Source: Nemertoderma westbladi
Lineage: Eukaryota > Animalia > Xenacoelomorpha
Direction of reading: 5' to 3'
Assembly (NCBI GenBank): GCA_032718475.1
Contig: JAUCBJ010008923.1
Span: forward strand, 1-48,519
Length of the DNA stretch: 48,519 nucleotides
Positions 23,330 through 35,162 of this stretch are shown one piece after another (within the stretch, counting starts at the first letter, position 1; every line of letters begins with the position of its first letter). Made by a program: the position numbers and the translations under genes. The notes below the pieces were generated by a model. That model saw only the letters and a program-made list of their open reading frames with translations, was not told the origin of the DNA and did no database searches.

Positions 23330-25006
23330 TAAGGCCCCTAGTTATTCTCGTGGCAGAGTGGTCAGATGGTTAAGGCGTTGGTTACATTACAGATAGGTTA
23401 CGTGTTCGAATCCCGGTCGGGAAATTTGTATTTTGGGGCCATTTATTTTCATTTGGTGCAGATTGGTGGACCAATGAGACGCGTACAATGTATCGAACGA
23501 TGAGCCAGGCCAATCATAGGGCATAGAATATCTTATTGCTCAAATGTGAGGCTATGGAAAATTCTGTTAGGATTCCGTGTCCCAGATTAGTGTAAGGGCC
23601 GGTTTGCATTGAACGATGAGCTGGGCCAATCATAGGGCATAGAGCATCTCATTGCTCAAATGTGAAGCTGTGGAAAATTCTGTTTGGTTTCCATGTACGA
23701 TTTTAGTATATAAGGGCTGGTTTGCCTTCGGTTATCACCTTCAACTTCACCTTCACTTCTACTTGTTAACCTAGTACACCTTACTTATATTAGTTTATTT
23801 TGTTTCTTGTTGAAACTTTGGTAAATCTGCTTGATAATCTTTGCTCGAATCTAAACTGTAAATATACTGCAAACTCCTGAACATGTTTACTTTTGGTCCA
23901 ACCTTGGGACAGCCAAACATCGGGAAGATGGCAGCCTAGACAGTTAGGCCGTCAGCAACGCAGAGAAGGGATGTCCACAACATGCTAGCGCCCACATAAG
24001 TTTGACTGCACACCCCCTTCGCCCTTTGAAATACTCCAACTTGCCATGCAGCGCCCGCTTTATGAGGAAGGTAAGACTTTGTTCGACGCCCTTGCCCGAC
24101 GTAAGACCTATAGATCAGGGTAAGCGTGATGCCGTCCTGGGACGCCGCAAAATTTAGGATCAAATAATTATATTCCAGGCAGAAACCCCCCCCCCCCCCC
24201 CCCTTTTCTTGTCAGCCCTGCAAATCCCTGGGTTACCTGTATACCTCACAGGTGCGAGCTATTGCCGTTCGTCAGTACGCAAGTACATATTAGGTACGGA
24301 CAGCATACGTTCCATAATTTAGTGATTTGTTAGTACTGACTGTTTGGTACCGGTTCGCTTTGTGAACATACATTAGTACCCCCCCCCCCCCCCCCCCCCT
24401 CCTACCTGGAGTTAGTTATTTGATCAGGCAAGGAGTATTTCTGCTACCGGCACACCGCTTGGCCTAGGGAGGTTTTATTAATATCCTACCGCGCCTTGCC
24501 ATGTACTGATAGGTATTTGCTGCTAACTACCGCAGCAACAAAGTTCTAGAATCAAATTTGTATACCAGATCAGCTAACGTACGGTAGCAATTAACCCCTA
24601 TTTCTTATCTTACAACCAGAATCTGGTATTTGTGCCGATCACGGGTGTAGTTACTAACACTGTGGTTGCCCGGTTGAGTTGTGGATAGGAAGGAGAGAGC
24701 TTTGACGTCATTTGTAAGTATAAAGTTCTACAAACGCGACTAGTTTATTTTAGTAGCTAGCGCACGGTATTATTTCAGTCAGAAAATCACTAAAACCTAG
24801 TAAAATGATATACACCAAAATTGTTTTATTTGTAACACACCCACACACACACGCCCTAAAACATATTTACCCTTAGAGTTCCTACTAGATAGCGCACTTT
24901 AGATTTTAGGCAGAATTTATCTGTATTCGTAGAATTAGGATCTGATATTTAGTTACGGCAACGGCAAGGGAGTATTTCATTATTTTGTTATTAAACTGTT
25001 GTTTTC

Positions 25007-25879
25007 TACCGTGGCTCATTGCGGCCACATTTGAATTTTTCTTTTTTTTTTTAAAAAAAAAAGTACACCTAATTATTCAGACAAATATTTAGCTGTACTT
25101 TTTTTTTCTTCAAAAAAAAAAAAAATACACCTAATTATTCAGACAAATATTTAGCTGTACTTTTTTTTTCTTCAAAAAAAAAAAAATACACCTAATTATT
25201 CTGACAAATAATTTGGAGTATTTCTTTTTTTCTTTCTAAAAAAAAATACTCCTAATTAATTAATATATGTTATTGGAGGGAATTTTAAACAGGTACCTGT
25301 GGATAGCATGACCGGTACCCGGTACGAACGGTAGGGTACTCTGCTCTGCTGCTACTACTGTACTACTGCTACTACAGTACTACACTTCAGCACTTAGGCA
25401 GCTTAGCCTAAGCACGTCAGAACTGCGAAATGGCGTCAGATTCTGACGATTTTGATACTGTTGGACCTAATCCTAGTAGAAAGAGGAAACTACTCGCTGA
25501 TGTAAGACGTGATTGTTATCTTCAAATAAACAAGCTATATCAAATCTGAAATCTGCCAGGTTGAACAGCCTGATGATGATGCTGATATGCATACCGCTAC
25601 CGGTAGGCCTAACCTTATTGGCATTCCGACGCGACCGACTTCTGCCGGGAATCGATGCCGGGATACTCCAAATTATTTGTCAGAATAATTAGATGTATTT
25701 TTTTTTAGATAAAAAAAAAAGAAATATATACTCCAAATTATTTGTCAGAATAATTAGGTGTATTTTATTTTTTTTGAAGAAAAAAAAAGTACAGCTAAAT
25801 ATTTGTCTGAATAATTAGGTGTACTTTTTTTTTTAGAAAAAAAAGAAAAATTCAAATGTGGCCGCAATCAGCCACGGTA
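25007..25879. mobile_element. MITE / internally deleted DNA transposon with long structured TIRs
   Basis: TACCGTGGCT(C/G)ATTGCGGCCACATTTGAATTTTTC TIRs, mirrored ~59-bp subterminal repeats, duplication GTTTTC (25001-25006, 25880-25885); empty site in the 5' LTR near 7490. Confidence 0.92.
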
Positions 25880-26502
25880 GTTTTCTGCTCAGCAGTATTG
25901 TTGCGTTAGGCACGACCCTTTTAGACTGATTTCGTACAGGGGGATCAGTTATTGTTACATTAGGCACGACCTTTTTTAGGCTGATTCAGATAGGGAGATC
26001 AGTATTGTTACGCTAGGGCTGTAACCCACCTAGCTCGTATATAATATAAACCATATAAATCACACCGCGGCAAGTTACGGTATTTTAGGACTGTCAGCGA
26101 TAGTTAGGATTCGCTGCGCGGGGATTGTTTTCCCGTGAGTTTGGTCTGTTACTGTAAATACTGTTACTGTTACTGCCATACCGGTTAGAGGACAGGTATC
26201 CTTTTGTCTAGTTCGTAGGCATTAGACCCGCTCACGTTCATAGAATAGACACCAGGCTCTGCTCCTCGCCAGTAGTAGTTTTGTGTATTGTATCTGTTTG
26301 TTTAGATATCCTGGACTGGGATTTGTTGTCAGATACTGTACGAGCCCGTTTCATTACTAGAGTCTCATAGTAAGATACATCGTTACTAGGATCTGGTAAG
26401 CGGTATACTACTGGACCCTACGGTTAGAGATATTCTATTGCTTCTTATTAGTAGATTTGTAGGCCGTAGGGTAGTCCCTACCGTAGGGGACACCACAACA
26501 TT

Positions 26503-27028
26503 ATTTTACAATTTAAAATTGGCTAATTGGGGTATTTTACTGGTAATGTCGGCATGTTGTACCTACTGTAATCTAAACATTGTCTCATATTTAGTCCTAT
26601 CCATAATAATTTAACAATGAGACGAGATATTTATTCGCCGAGATGGGATTTGTGTAAGTACAACTCTCCCCCCCCCCCCCCCCCCCCCCCCACGTCTCCA
26701 CCCACCATCCCTTAGTTGCTAGAACACCGCTATTTACTTCTATATTTAGCGACTAAATTGGTGCTAAAATCCTGCTACTCTCAGCTAGTTTTAGCTCCTC
26801 TATACGCTAAAGTGGCGCTAAAACCCCGTGATTTATTAGGTCGATTTATTAATACGCTAAAGTGACGCTAAATCAATGTTTTTTTCCAGATATTTAGTGG
26901 ATATTTTCTCCAGCGAATTGCCGGATACTATTATCCAGCTATTAGCTGGATATTAAAACGCTAAAAACCAAGCTAGCGGGGTTTAGCTGGATATTATCCG
27001 GATATTAGCCGGTTGTGTCTTTGCTGGG
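26503..27028. mobile_element. Right part of the non-autonomous DNA element (ends ...TTTGCTGGG)
   Basis: GCTAAA/ACGCTAAAGTG subterminal words inverted relative to 4333-4530; piggyBac-like coding resumes right after. Confidence 0.5.
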
Positions 27029-28189
27029 CAGTATCTGGTTGCGTTGAACTATTCAACCTCGTTGATGATGACATTGATGTTGAGTCCTGGTCCACTGATA
27101 AGGCTGCCGACAATAAGAGCAGACAATGGACAATAACACAGTAACAGCCTGGAACCCAGCAAGGTTGCTAAGCTTTTAACGTATTATAAGATACTCATAA
27201 AAAACTGTAAACAGTTTGGAGTCTGGCACCAATTGTTATTGATAGACGAGTCCATGGTTCCTTCAGTTCTTATTTTGCTCGCCACTCATGCAAGATGTTT
27301 ATTCGTGGTAAGCCAATCCAGATTTGGATGTTATGTGGTGAGGATGGCTACCCCTATAACATGGAGATATATACCGGTAAAGATGAATCACGAGCATTGG
27401 GAAGTGCTGTTGTTAACAATATGATAAGTTGGATTTCAAACTTTGCAAATAATCATATTCTTTTTGATAATTTCTTCACATCTTACGACCTCTTGCAGTC
27501 AATGATAGAGAGGGGTATTCATGCCACACAGCCACAGGGACAATCAGAGAAGTGTGGAATGGGAAATGCCCTCTAATCGATTCACGATCACGGGAAATGA
27601 AACGAAAAGATCGCGGTTTATATGACTACAGGTTTGTTTCTAGTGCATAAATAAATCTGAATAATAACTGGCTATCTACCGGTATATGCCTACAGTTGTA
27701 TATAATAATTTATGTAATTATTACCCTACTGCTACCGTATAAATATAATAAATATATATATAGGCCTAACTAATAAATATAGGCCTAATTCTGTAATATG
27801 TATAATAATTGTCTAACAATATGAAAATGAATGCAAAAAATCCGTATACATATACATTAAATAATGTAAGAAATATAAATAAAGTGTATATAATATAGTA
27901 GGCCTAATAAATTAAATATATATATCCTACTGATCCTATCCTAATAATTATGTATAACCAGTAGCAGTTCTATATTCAATTTATTGTAGAAGTGCTGGTA
28001 ACATTGTAATGTGCAAGTGGAATGACAATGCAATAGTCACTGTTGGTAGCAGCTGCGTTGGTGTTACATCCACTGAGAAGGCTAAGAGGCAGGTGAAGAA
28101 GCAGTGTGGAGTTTATGTTGACCAACCGAAGTTGATCAAGGTTTACAACCAGGGAATGGGTGGTGTAGATCTATTTGATCGGTTAGTCT

Positions 28190-31100
28190 ATGATATCGAT
28201 CTGGACCCAAAATGCCTTGAGCGTTTTCTCCTTAAGAAGCTGAATTTAACGGAAGGATTAACAGTCGAGATGCTGAAGACTCGTTACGATACGTATAGTT
28301 CGGTCAAGGTTGAGTTGCTGAGTTCGGAGCCTCAGGTTCTCATGAATCCTGAGATCTGGCCGAGCGGAGCTCTGGTTAAGGAGTTCGTCGGAGGAAACCG
28401 ACGTCGCCCCGCTGCTGTAGATCCTGAAGTTCTCAAGGTCTGAAACTGAAAGTCTCGGTGATAAGCCTATAAGTTGAGTTTTTGAAGGTTTTTTTAGTAT
28501 GGAAGTCACCTCATTCAATTGTAATGGATTGTTTGATAGTAGGAATCGGGGCTACCTTAAACCAACTGTAGTTGATCTATTTGATCGTTATGATATTGTG
28601 TGTCTACAGGAGACTTGGTTTAGCAAACAGGACTTATCTCGATTAAATACTTTGCATCCTGGGCTGCACGGGACTGGGGTTGCAGTTACAGATTACGGTA
28701 GTGGTGTTCATCATGGGAGGAACAAAGGCGGAGTAGCGATTTTTTGGAAATCACAGTACGATAATTACATACAACCTTTATCATTCGATTACGATTGGCT
28801 ATGTGCAATAGAAATCAATATTGATAATCATAAATTTGTTTTCATAAATGTGTATCTGCCATTTGAACACCGCGATAATGAGGCGGATTTTCTGTTTAAG
28901 TTGGGTACAATACATAATCTTATTGATGAATTGGGAACTAGCACGACTTTTATTATAGGAGATTTTAACTCTGATATATCTGATGATAAATCATTGTTTG
29001 GTAAACACCTTATTGAGTTTTGTAGTGACACGGACTTAATTTTGTCGAGTAAACAGTTTATTAACTCAGGATTTACATATGTTGATAGTTACTGGGGCTC
29101 AGTATCGTGGCTTGACCACTGCCTGTGCACAGCTGATGCTCACAGTGCTATTACACGCCTAAACATTTTGTATGATGATTCACGTGGTGTGGATCATATT
29201 CCGTTTGACCTTGGTTTAAATGTATCTGCGGTGCCTTCTGTAAATTTTTTTAACAGTGATGACTCTGTATGCAGCACCGGACGTAAATTTAATTGGAGTA
29301 GAGCTAATAAAAAAGATATAGATAATTTTTGTGAGCAAACGGCGCTTAAATTAGATAAGCTCTCCTCGTGTACTGGCGATTATATTCTATGTAAAGACAT
29401 TAACTGTACAGATAGTGATCATATATCTAATTTAGAAAATTTTTATGAATCGGTTATTTCTGCCTTACATGAATCCGAACACACTAATGGTTCTAGAACA
29501 AATAGTAAAAATATCATTCCTGGGTGGAATGATCTGATTAGGCAACATTATGATGCATCTCGCGATACATTCTCTCTGTGGCGTGAGGCGGGACGACCCC
29601 GATCTGGCCCAATTTTCGATCTGAAAAGGCGAGCGGACTTGCGTTTTAAATACGCTGTCCGTGCAGCCAAAAATAACGAAAACAAAATTCGTTGCGAAAT
29701 GTTAGCTAAAAAACTGTCTGGTAAAAATACTCGTGACTTTTGGAAAGAAATTAAAAAAATTAACAATTGTAATACTCCATTACCAACTTCGATTGATGGT
29801 ACTACAGGTACTGCAGAGATTGCTGAGATGTGGCGTAAACATTATTATGATCTTTTTAATTGTTTAAAGCGCACAACCAATAATTTACACTGTTCCGATA
29901 ATATTAATTACGAAGATATGTGTGTTAGTGCTGAGGAGGTTCGTAGTAATATTGAGTCTTTATCAAATAATAAATCTTGTGGTTTAGACGGCATATTTGC
30001 AGAACATTTAAAGTACAGTAGCAGTATACTATATGAAATTTTAGCAACTTTATTTACGAGTTTCTTTGTTCATGGTTATCTTCCTAATAACTTAATATCT
30101 GTTATATTGGTGCCGATAATTAAAGATAAAACAGCTAAAATTAACAGTAAAGATAATTACAGACCGATAGCGTTAGCAAGCATCATTTCAAAGGTAATGG
30201 AAAAAATAATACTGCATAGGATAGAACCTAATCTAAAAACAACGCATAATCAATTTGGTTTTAAAAGTAAATTAGGTACCGATATGTGCATATTTTCCCT
30301 GAAAGAAATGATATACAAATACAGACAGTTACAATCTACTATGTTTGTCACTTTCTTGGACGCCTCTAAGGCATTTGATAGAATAAACCATGATGTGCTT
30401 TTTGGTACTCTAATTAAACGGGGGGTTCCCCAATATATAGTGCGATTAATAATTTTCTGGTATGTTCATCAAACATTCTGTGTTAGGTGGGGCCCAAATG
30501 TTTCAGCTTCTTTCACCGTTTCTAACGGAGTAAGACAGGGTGGAATACTGAGCCCTTTCCTATTTAACATTTATATGAATATATTATCTACTAAATTAAA
30601 TAGCTGCAATATAGGGTGTCTTATGTATCATACATTATGCAATAATATTTTGTATGCTGATGATTTAGTTTTATTGTCTCCGTCTGTAAAAGGTATGCAA
30701 AAACTGCTGAAATTGTGCTCTGAGTTTGGAGACGAATATGATGTAATTTTCAACGCAACAAAAAGTGCTACTTTATATATTCGATCAAAATCTCAAATAT
30801 CGTGGAATTTTCCTTCATTTAAAATAGGCAATATTACTCTTCCAATCAAAAAAGAATATAAATATTTAGGACATTATATTACCAATACACTATCTGATGA
30901 TAGAGATATTTTACGACAACGTAGGAAACTATATATGCAGGCAAATAGTTTGAAACGCAGATTTTTTATGTGTTCAAATGATATTAAGCAACGTTTATTT
31001 CAATCCTATTGTACGCCGATGTATACAGCTCACTTATGGTGCAATTATACTAAAACTGTATATAATAAATTTACAACATCATATAATAATACATTTCGAA

Positions 31101-31470
31101 TTCTTATGGGATATCCCAAAAATTGTAGTGCCTCAGAAATGTTTTTATTTAATCGTTTGCCTAGTTGTGCTGCTGTGATTCGTAATCTCATTTATAATTT
31201 CATTGTTAGGATCGATAAATCATTTAATACTATTATCTCCAGCTGTTCTACATCTGATTGTATATATTTTTCCCCATTGCGACGGTTTTGGATGACTGAA
31301 TTACATATTAATTTTAAATTGCCGAAGCTGTTATATATTAATTCCGTAAATATTAATTCTGGTAAATAACGCTTATATTTATTGGTTGTTTGGTGATGGT
31401 GGTGTAGTAATGTTATGGTGCAAAGTGGACTTCGTGTTCAGAATATACACAATATATATATATATACAAT
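28190..31470 (+). mobile_element. 5'-truncated non-LTR retrotransposon (APE-RT LINE, RTE-X-like) in the piggyBac intron
   Basis: ORF1 C-terminal remnant (..MNPEIWPSGALVKEF, stop at 28443) followed by ORF2 and an AT-rich simple-repeat tail; boundaries and clade approximate. Confidence 0.85.
28499..31369 (+). CDS. LINE ORF2: AP endonuclease + reverse transcriptase (956 aa, uninterrupted)
   Basis: SFNCNG, CLQETW, IIGDFN, WLDH, DHIP; NYRPIAL, QFGF, FLDASKAFD, GVRQGGILSP, YADD, YKYLG. Confidence 0.96.
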   Translation: MEVTSFNCNGLFDSRNRGYLKPTVVDLFDRYDIVCLQETWFSKQDLSRLNTLHPGLHGTGVAVTDYGSGVHHGRNKGGVAIFWKSQYDNYIQPLSFDYDWLCAIEINIDNHKFVFINVYLPFEHRDNEADFLFKLGTIHNLIDELGTSTTFIIGDFNSDISDDKSLFGKHLIEFCSDTDLILSSKQFINSGFTYVDSYWGSVSWLDHCLCTADAHSAITRLNILYDDSRGVDHIPFDLGLNVSAVPSVNFFNSDDSVCSTGRKFNWSRANKKDIDNFCEQTALKLDKLSSCTGDYILCKDINCTDSDHISNLENFYESVISALHESEHTNGSRTNSKNIIPGWNDLIRQHYDASRDTFSLWREAGRPRSGPIFDLKRRADLRFKYAVRAAKNNENKIRCEMLAKKLSGKNTRDFWKEIKKINNCNTPLPTSIDGTTGTAEIAEMWRKHYYDLFNCLKRTTNNLHCSDNINYEDMCVSAEEVRSNIESLSNNKSCGLDGIFAEHLKYSSSILYEILATLFTSFFVHGYLPNNLISVILVPIIKDKTAKINSKDNYRPIALASIISKVMEKIILHRIEPNLKTTHNQFGFKSKLGTDMCIFSLKEMIYKYRQLQSTMFVTFLDASKAFDRINHDVLFGTLIKRGVPQYIVRLIIFWYVHQTFCVRWGPNVSASFTVSNGVRQGGILSPFLFNIYMNILSTKLNSCNIGCLMYHTLCNNILYADDLVLLSPSVKGMQKLLKLCSEFGDEYDVIFNATKSATLYIRSKSQISWNFPSFKIGNITLPIKKEYKYLGHYITNTLSDDRDILRQRRKLYMQANSLKRRFFMCSNDIKQRLFQSYCTPMYTAHLWCNYTKTVYNKFTTSYNNTFRILMGYPKNCSASEMFLFNRLPSCAAVIRNLIYNFIVRIDKSFNTIISSCSTSDCIYFSPLRRFWMTELHINFKLPKLLYINSVNINSGK

Positions 31471-33634
31471 AATAATTAATAATATAATAAATTAACAATA
31501 TTTATATAAAAAGAGAATATCCTACTACGGGGTTTTTGTTTTTTAATGTATCTTTGTTGTGTTAATTTTAGATTGTGTGGCAGTTACCGACCTGCTATTC
31601 GAGCCAAGAAGTGGTGGTGGCCATTATTTATAAATGGCCTCAATGCATCAGTTGTAGCTTCATGGAGGGTACATTGTAAGGTGCATGGCCGTGATGCAAT
31701 GACTCACTACGATTTCCTTTGGGAAATTGTAATATCCCTGATGGCATTCAAGCAGACACCCAGGTCTACGTGAGATTGTCTCCCGCGCTTTGTCCCTTGC
31801 TCTATTCGATATGATGGTAAGGCTCATGACAGGACTGAGGCCACCCAAGAACACTAATATGATCCACTAGGGGGCTCTAATTAACAAGTAGTGAGGTATG
31901 GCCCTTCCAGAACTTTTTCCCTTCTAAAATATATTTTGAAATAGCAATAAATACCACGATGTTCCACGCAGTGGTGGAAGAGAATAATTGACACAATGGC
32001 CCTAATTATAGAGTTTTCTTTAAAAAATAATAATATAGGTAGAATATAGACGCCGAAACAAGGAAAAGTAGCGAGAAACAGAAGTGCAAAAATGCAGAAT
32101 CTGATAATTACATATGTTTCTACTCAACGAATTTCCCTGAAATAAATTGAACAGCAATAATTATTGATTCATGAATAATTATTATAACTTTTGTTGGGCA
32201 CAGCTTAGCAAAGTCGAGAATGACGTCCAGATGGGATCGAAATGGTGACCGCCAGTTTGGCGCTCTTACCATTCCGCTAGCGGCTCAGGCAAAAAAAAAA
32301 GTTAGACCTTGAAATACTACCTAATATACCTAGCTCCCATCTGTCAAACCATATCTACAGCCACTATATTCGATTCTTTGTTATTATGTGCTTCGTCGTC
32401 TCTTGTACTTCACTAAGCTGGAAGGTATGATAATTTGCACAAATACAACATGAATACACATGAATAATTATGGAAACTTGATTCATTTAGCGGCCACTAC
32501 AGTTTACCAAAACATAGTTTGAAACCTAAAAAAGAAGGAAATATTCTTTAGGATTACAATGTTGCATGCTATTTAAGGTATGTATGGTATGGTATATAAC
32601 TATGCTTGGCATGTTATCGTCCGACCCTTAGTCTTAGGGCATGCTACAGTTTATGTTTGGTTTGCTGATATAAGATGTATGCTATGCATGCTATGATAAC
32701 TAACTGTAGATGTTATGTTAGGTATGTATCCTAACATTTCACGACTACTAGAAACGATATTCTAGCGACAGGAATATAATCCATTAGCAGTTAGTATTGA
32801 AAACACTTCAGCCTTACAAATTCAGTATGTGCTACATTATTATAGCCATTATTTATGTGCCTCTATAAATTTCATTATTATTCTATATCTATAATATTGT
32901 TATAGGGCCTATTCTATATTTGTCATTGTCTCGACCAGCTGAATTATTATATAGTTATCCATTATGTTATGTTATGTATGTATGCTATGGTATTATACTA
33001 TGCTATGCTATGCTATGCTATGATATGACATTTCCTTCATTGCGTGTATCCAATGGGAGATTTGTCTTGAAGGACCCAGACCAATTTAAATGGCCCTTAG
33101 GAACAGTGTCTACTGAGGGCCATTTAAGTGGCTCCAATGAATGTCCAATGAATTGTCTTGAATGGGCCACTTTAAATTTTACCCTTTTTACACCTTTAAC
33201 CAACCCTATTCATACCGGAAATAATAATATAAAATTTACTATTATTAGCGTGCTTAAAATCACATTTTTAGGTTTTCTGGGGCGCTGATTATAAATATTC
33301 CAATTTCGTGGGAAGTTTTTTTTATTAAAATTTTGTTATTAGTTTTGTTTAGGGGTCATCCATAAAAGACGTCCGAGAAAATCCCGAATTTTTGGACCCT
33401 CCCCCCTGTCCGCGAATGTCCGGTTTTTGAGCCCCCCCCCTCCCCTTTATTAATTATTAATTAAATTAATAATTAAATTATTAATTTGGCACACACCTCC
33501 GAAAAATACAATTTGAAATGTCTAAAGCCGTTTTTATTTATTCCAATGAATTCAGAACCAACGTAAAACACATGTAATGCGAGAAACAAGATGTAGAAAT
33601 CAAATCGTATCTATTGCCATCCAAGGCATTTTAG

Positions 33635-33998
33635 ATTTAAGTGGCTCAAATGAGACATTGTCTTAAATGGGCCACTTCCTTTTAAATGGCCCTTACAAAC
33701 ATTGTTTACTGAGGGCCATTTTACATTTAAGAGGCTCAAATGAGACATTGTCTTAAATGGGCCACTTCCTTTTAAATGGCCCTTAGAAACATTGTTTACT
33801 GAGGGTCATTTTACATTTAAGTGGCTCAAATGAGACATTGCTGTCTTAAATGGGCCACTTCCTTTTAAATGACCCTTGCGAACATTGTCTACTCACTACT
33901 GAGGGCTATTTTTTATTTAAGTGGCTCAAATTGGACATTGTCATGAATGGGCCACTTCCTTTTAAATGGCCCTTAGGAACATTGTCTAATGAGGGCCA
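33635..33998. repeat. 90-bp tandem repeat (4 copies) with internal inverted repeats; related copy at ~33085-33175
   Basis: Units start at 33635, 33725, 33815 and 33915 (third unit is 100 bp); contain GTGGCTCA...TGGGCCAC and TGGCCCTT...GAGGGCCA. Confidence 0.9.
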
Positions 33999-34826
33999 CA
34001 ATCATTAATATAGGAATTGAATTGCCGTAATACAATAGGTTACTTTAGGTAGTAACTAGGGATGTCCCGGAATCGATATTTTGATTCCGGCCGGAACCGG
34101 AACCGGAATTTAACATGATTAGTGAAATACATTAAATGACCCTTAGTGAAATACATTAAATGACCCAGGAAATTTTATAATTTTTTATGAAACAAATGAA
34201 TTTTTTTAATTTATACAGTAAGTTTGTTAATGAGATGAATCAGAACCTTGGGGGAATTAAGGTGGGTGGAGTGGAGAATGACCTGAGCTGTTTGTTACGG
34301 CCTATCGCGTCATTAGGTCCTTTGGTGCAATATCCTGGTGTTTTTAAGGAAAAGGAGCATGTTACAGTGACATGTTATTCGAACCAAAACAATAAACGAG
34401 GCCAATAGTACATGTTACAGTTTAGTTATTGCTGGGAATAAATAGATTTATGGTATGAAATGGATTTGCTGTAAATAGAAACAAAACTACTTTATTATGC
34501 AGTACCTACGGCGCAGAACTGAACTAACTTCAACTCGCAGGACCTGTGCGTATTGTAATAACGTTTTATATTTATATTAGTTTTAGGTTAAAGTAGTAAT
34601 TGTAATTGTGTTAATCGAGTTTCATTGCTAACTTTAGAAGGTTAGCAATTTATTTAGCCTCCTGTAATTATCATATTATTTAATAATTAATTCATAGTAA
34701 AATAATATAAAATCAATGTAAAATAATTTAAATTCAATGTAAAATATTGTAAGATCAATGTAAATTAATGTAAGATCAATCTAAAAAACGTCATTTTATA
34801 AGCAAATTGGATAAACCACCCGCTAA

Positions 34827-35162
34827 GGCCCGTGCTCCACTGGTAAGTCTATGTAGTCTTAGTCAGAATAAATTATGGAACGCCTTGGTTTCAATGTTAG
34901 CGTCTCCAATGGTAAATCGTAAGTTATGACTGTGATTATGTCCCATGTTCCATCTTTTGACATATGAATCATGTGTTATATCCGGCAAGAGGCCTCTGAT
35001 TGGTTTCTTTGGGTATAATAAATATGCAGTAAATGTGAGACGCATCTTATATTTTAAATCAAATGACTTATGACTTGTGTTACCAATGGAGCAAGGAGGC
35101 ATTCATTTTGACATTGTGACTAAGACAATATCTGAAAACGACTTACCAGTGGAGCACGGGCC
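34827..35162. mobile_element. PIF/Harbinger-type MITE (336 bp)
   Basis: Perfect 23-bp TIR GGCCCGTGCTCCACTGGTAAGTC and TAA TSD (34824-34826, 35163-35165). Confidence 0.9.

Larger units (their letters stand above)
5697..26497 (+). mobile_element. BEL/Pao LTR retrotransposon, full-length but decayed (copy 1)
   Basis: Direct LTRs TGATGAATT...CACCACA at 5697-8049 and 22897-26497; TSD ACATT at 5692-5696 and 26498-26502; Pao-type gag-PR-RT-RNaseH-IN order. Confidence 0.97.
22897..26497 (+). repeat. 3' LTR, expanded to 3601 bp by a SINE and a MITE
   Basis: Colinear with the 5' LTR apart from two insertions and small indels. Confidence 0.95.
27029..31850 (+). pseudogene. Intron-containing piggyBac transposase pseudogene (exons ~27029-27631, 27990-28181, 31572-~31850)
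   Basis: IDESMVP, FIRGKPI, GYPYNMEIYTGK, FDNFFTS, KWNDN, YNQGMGGVDLFDR, KKWWWPLF, IRYDG.H motifs; GT-AG introns 27632-27989 and 28182-31571 restore frame; deletions and frameshifts in exons. Confidence 0.88.

Noticed and set aside
26253-26286. HDV-like ribozyme (TCCTCGC loop)
   Set aside because: Could not build P1/P2/P3 pairings, and the segment is deleted in the 5' LTR.
28009-28443. 144-aa ORF as a single gene
   Set aside because: Chimera of a piggyBac exon, the intron start at 28182 and the LINE ORF1 remnant.
34058-34110. hAT-like terminus TAGGGATG
   Set aside because: No matching second terminus or TSD found, so not called as an element.
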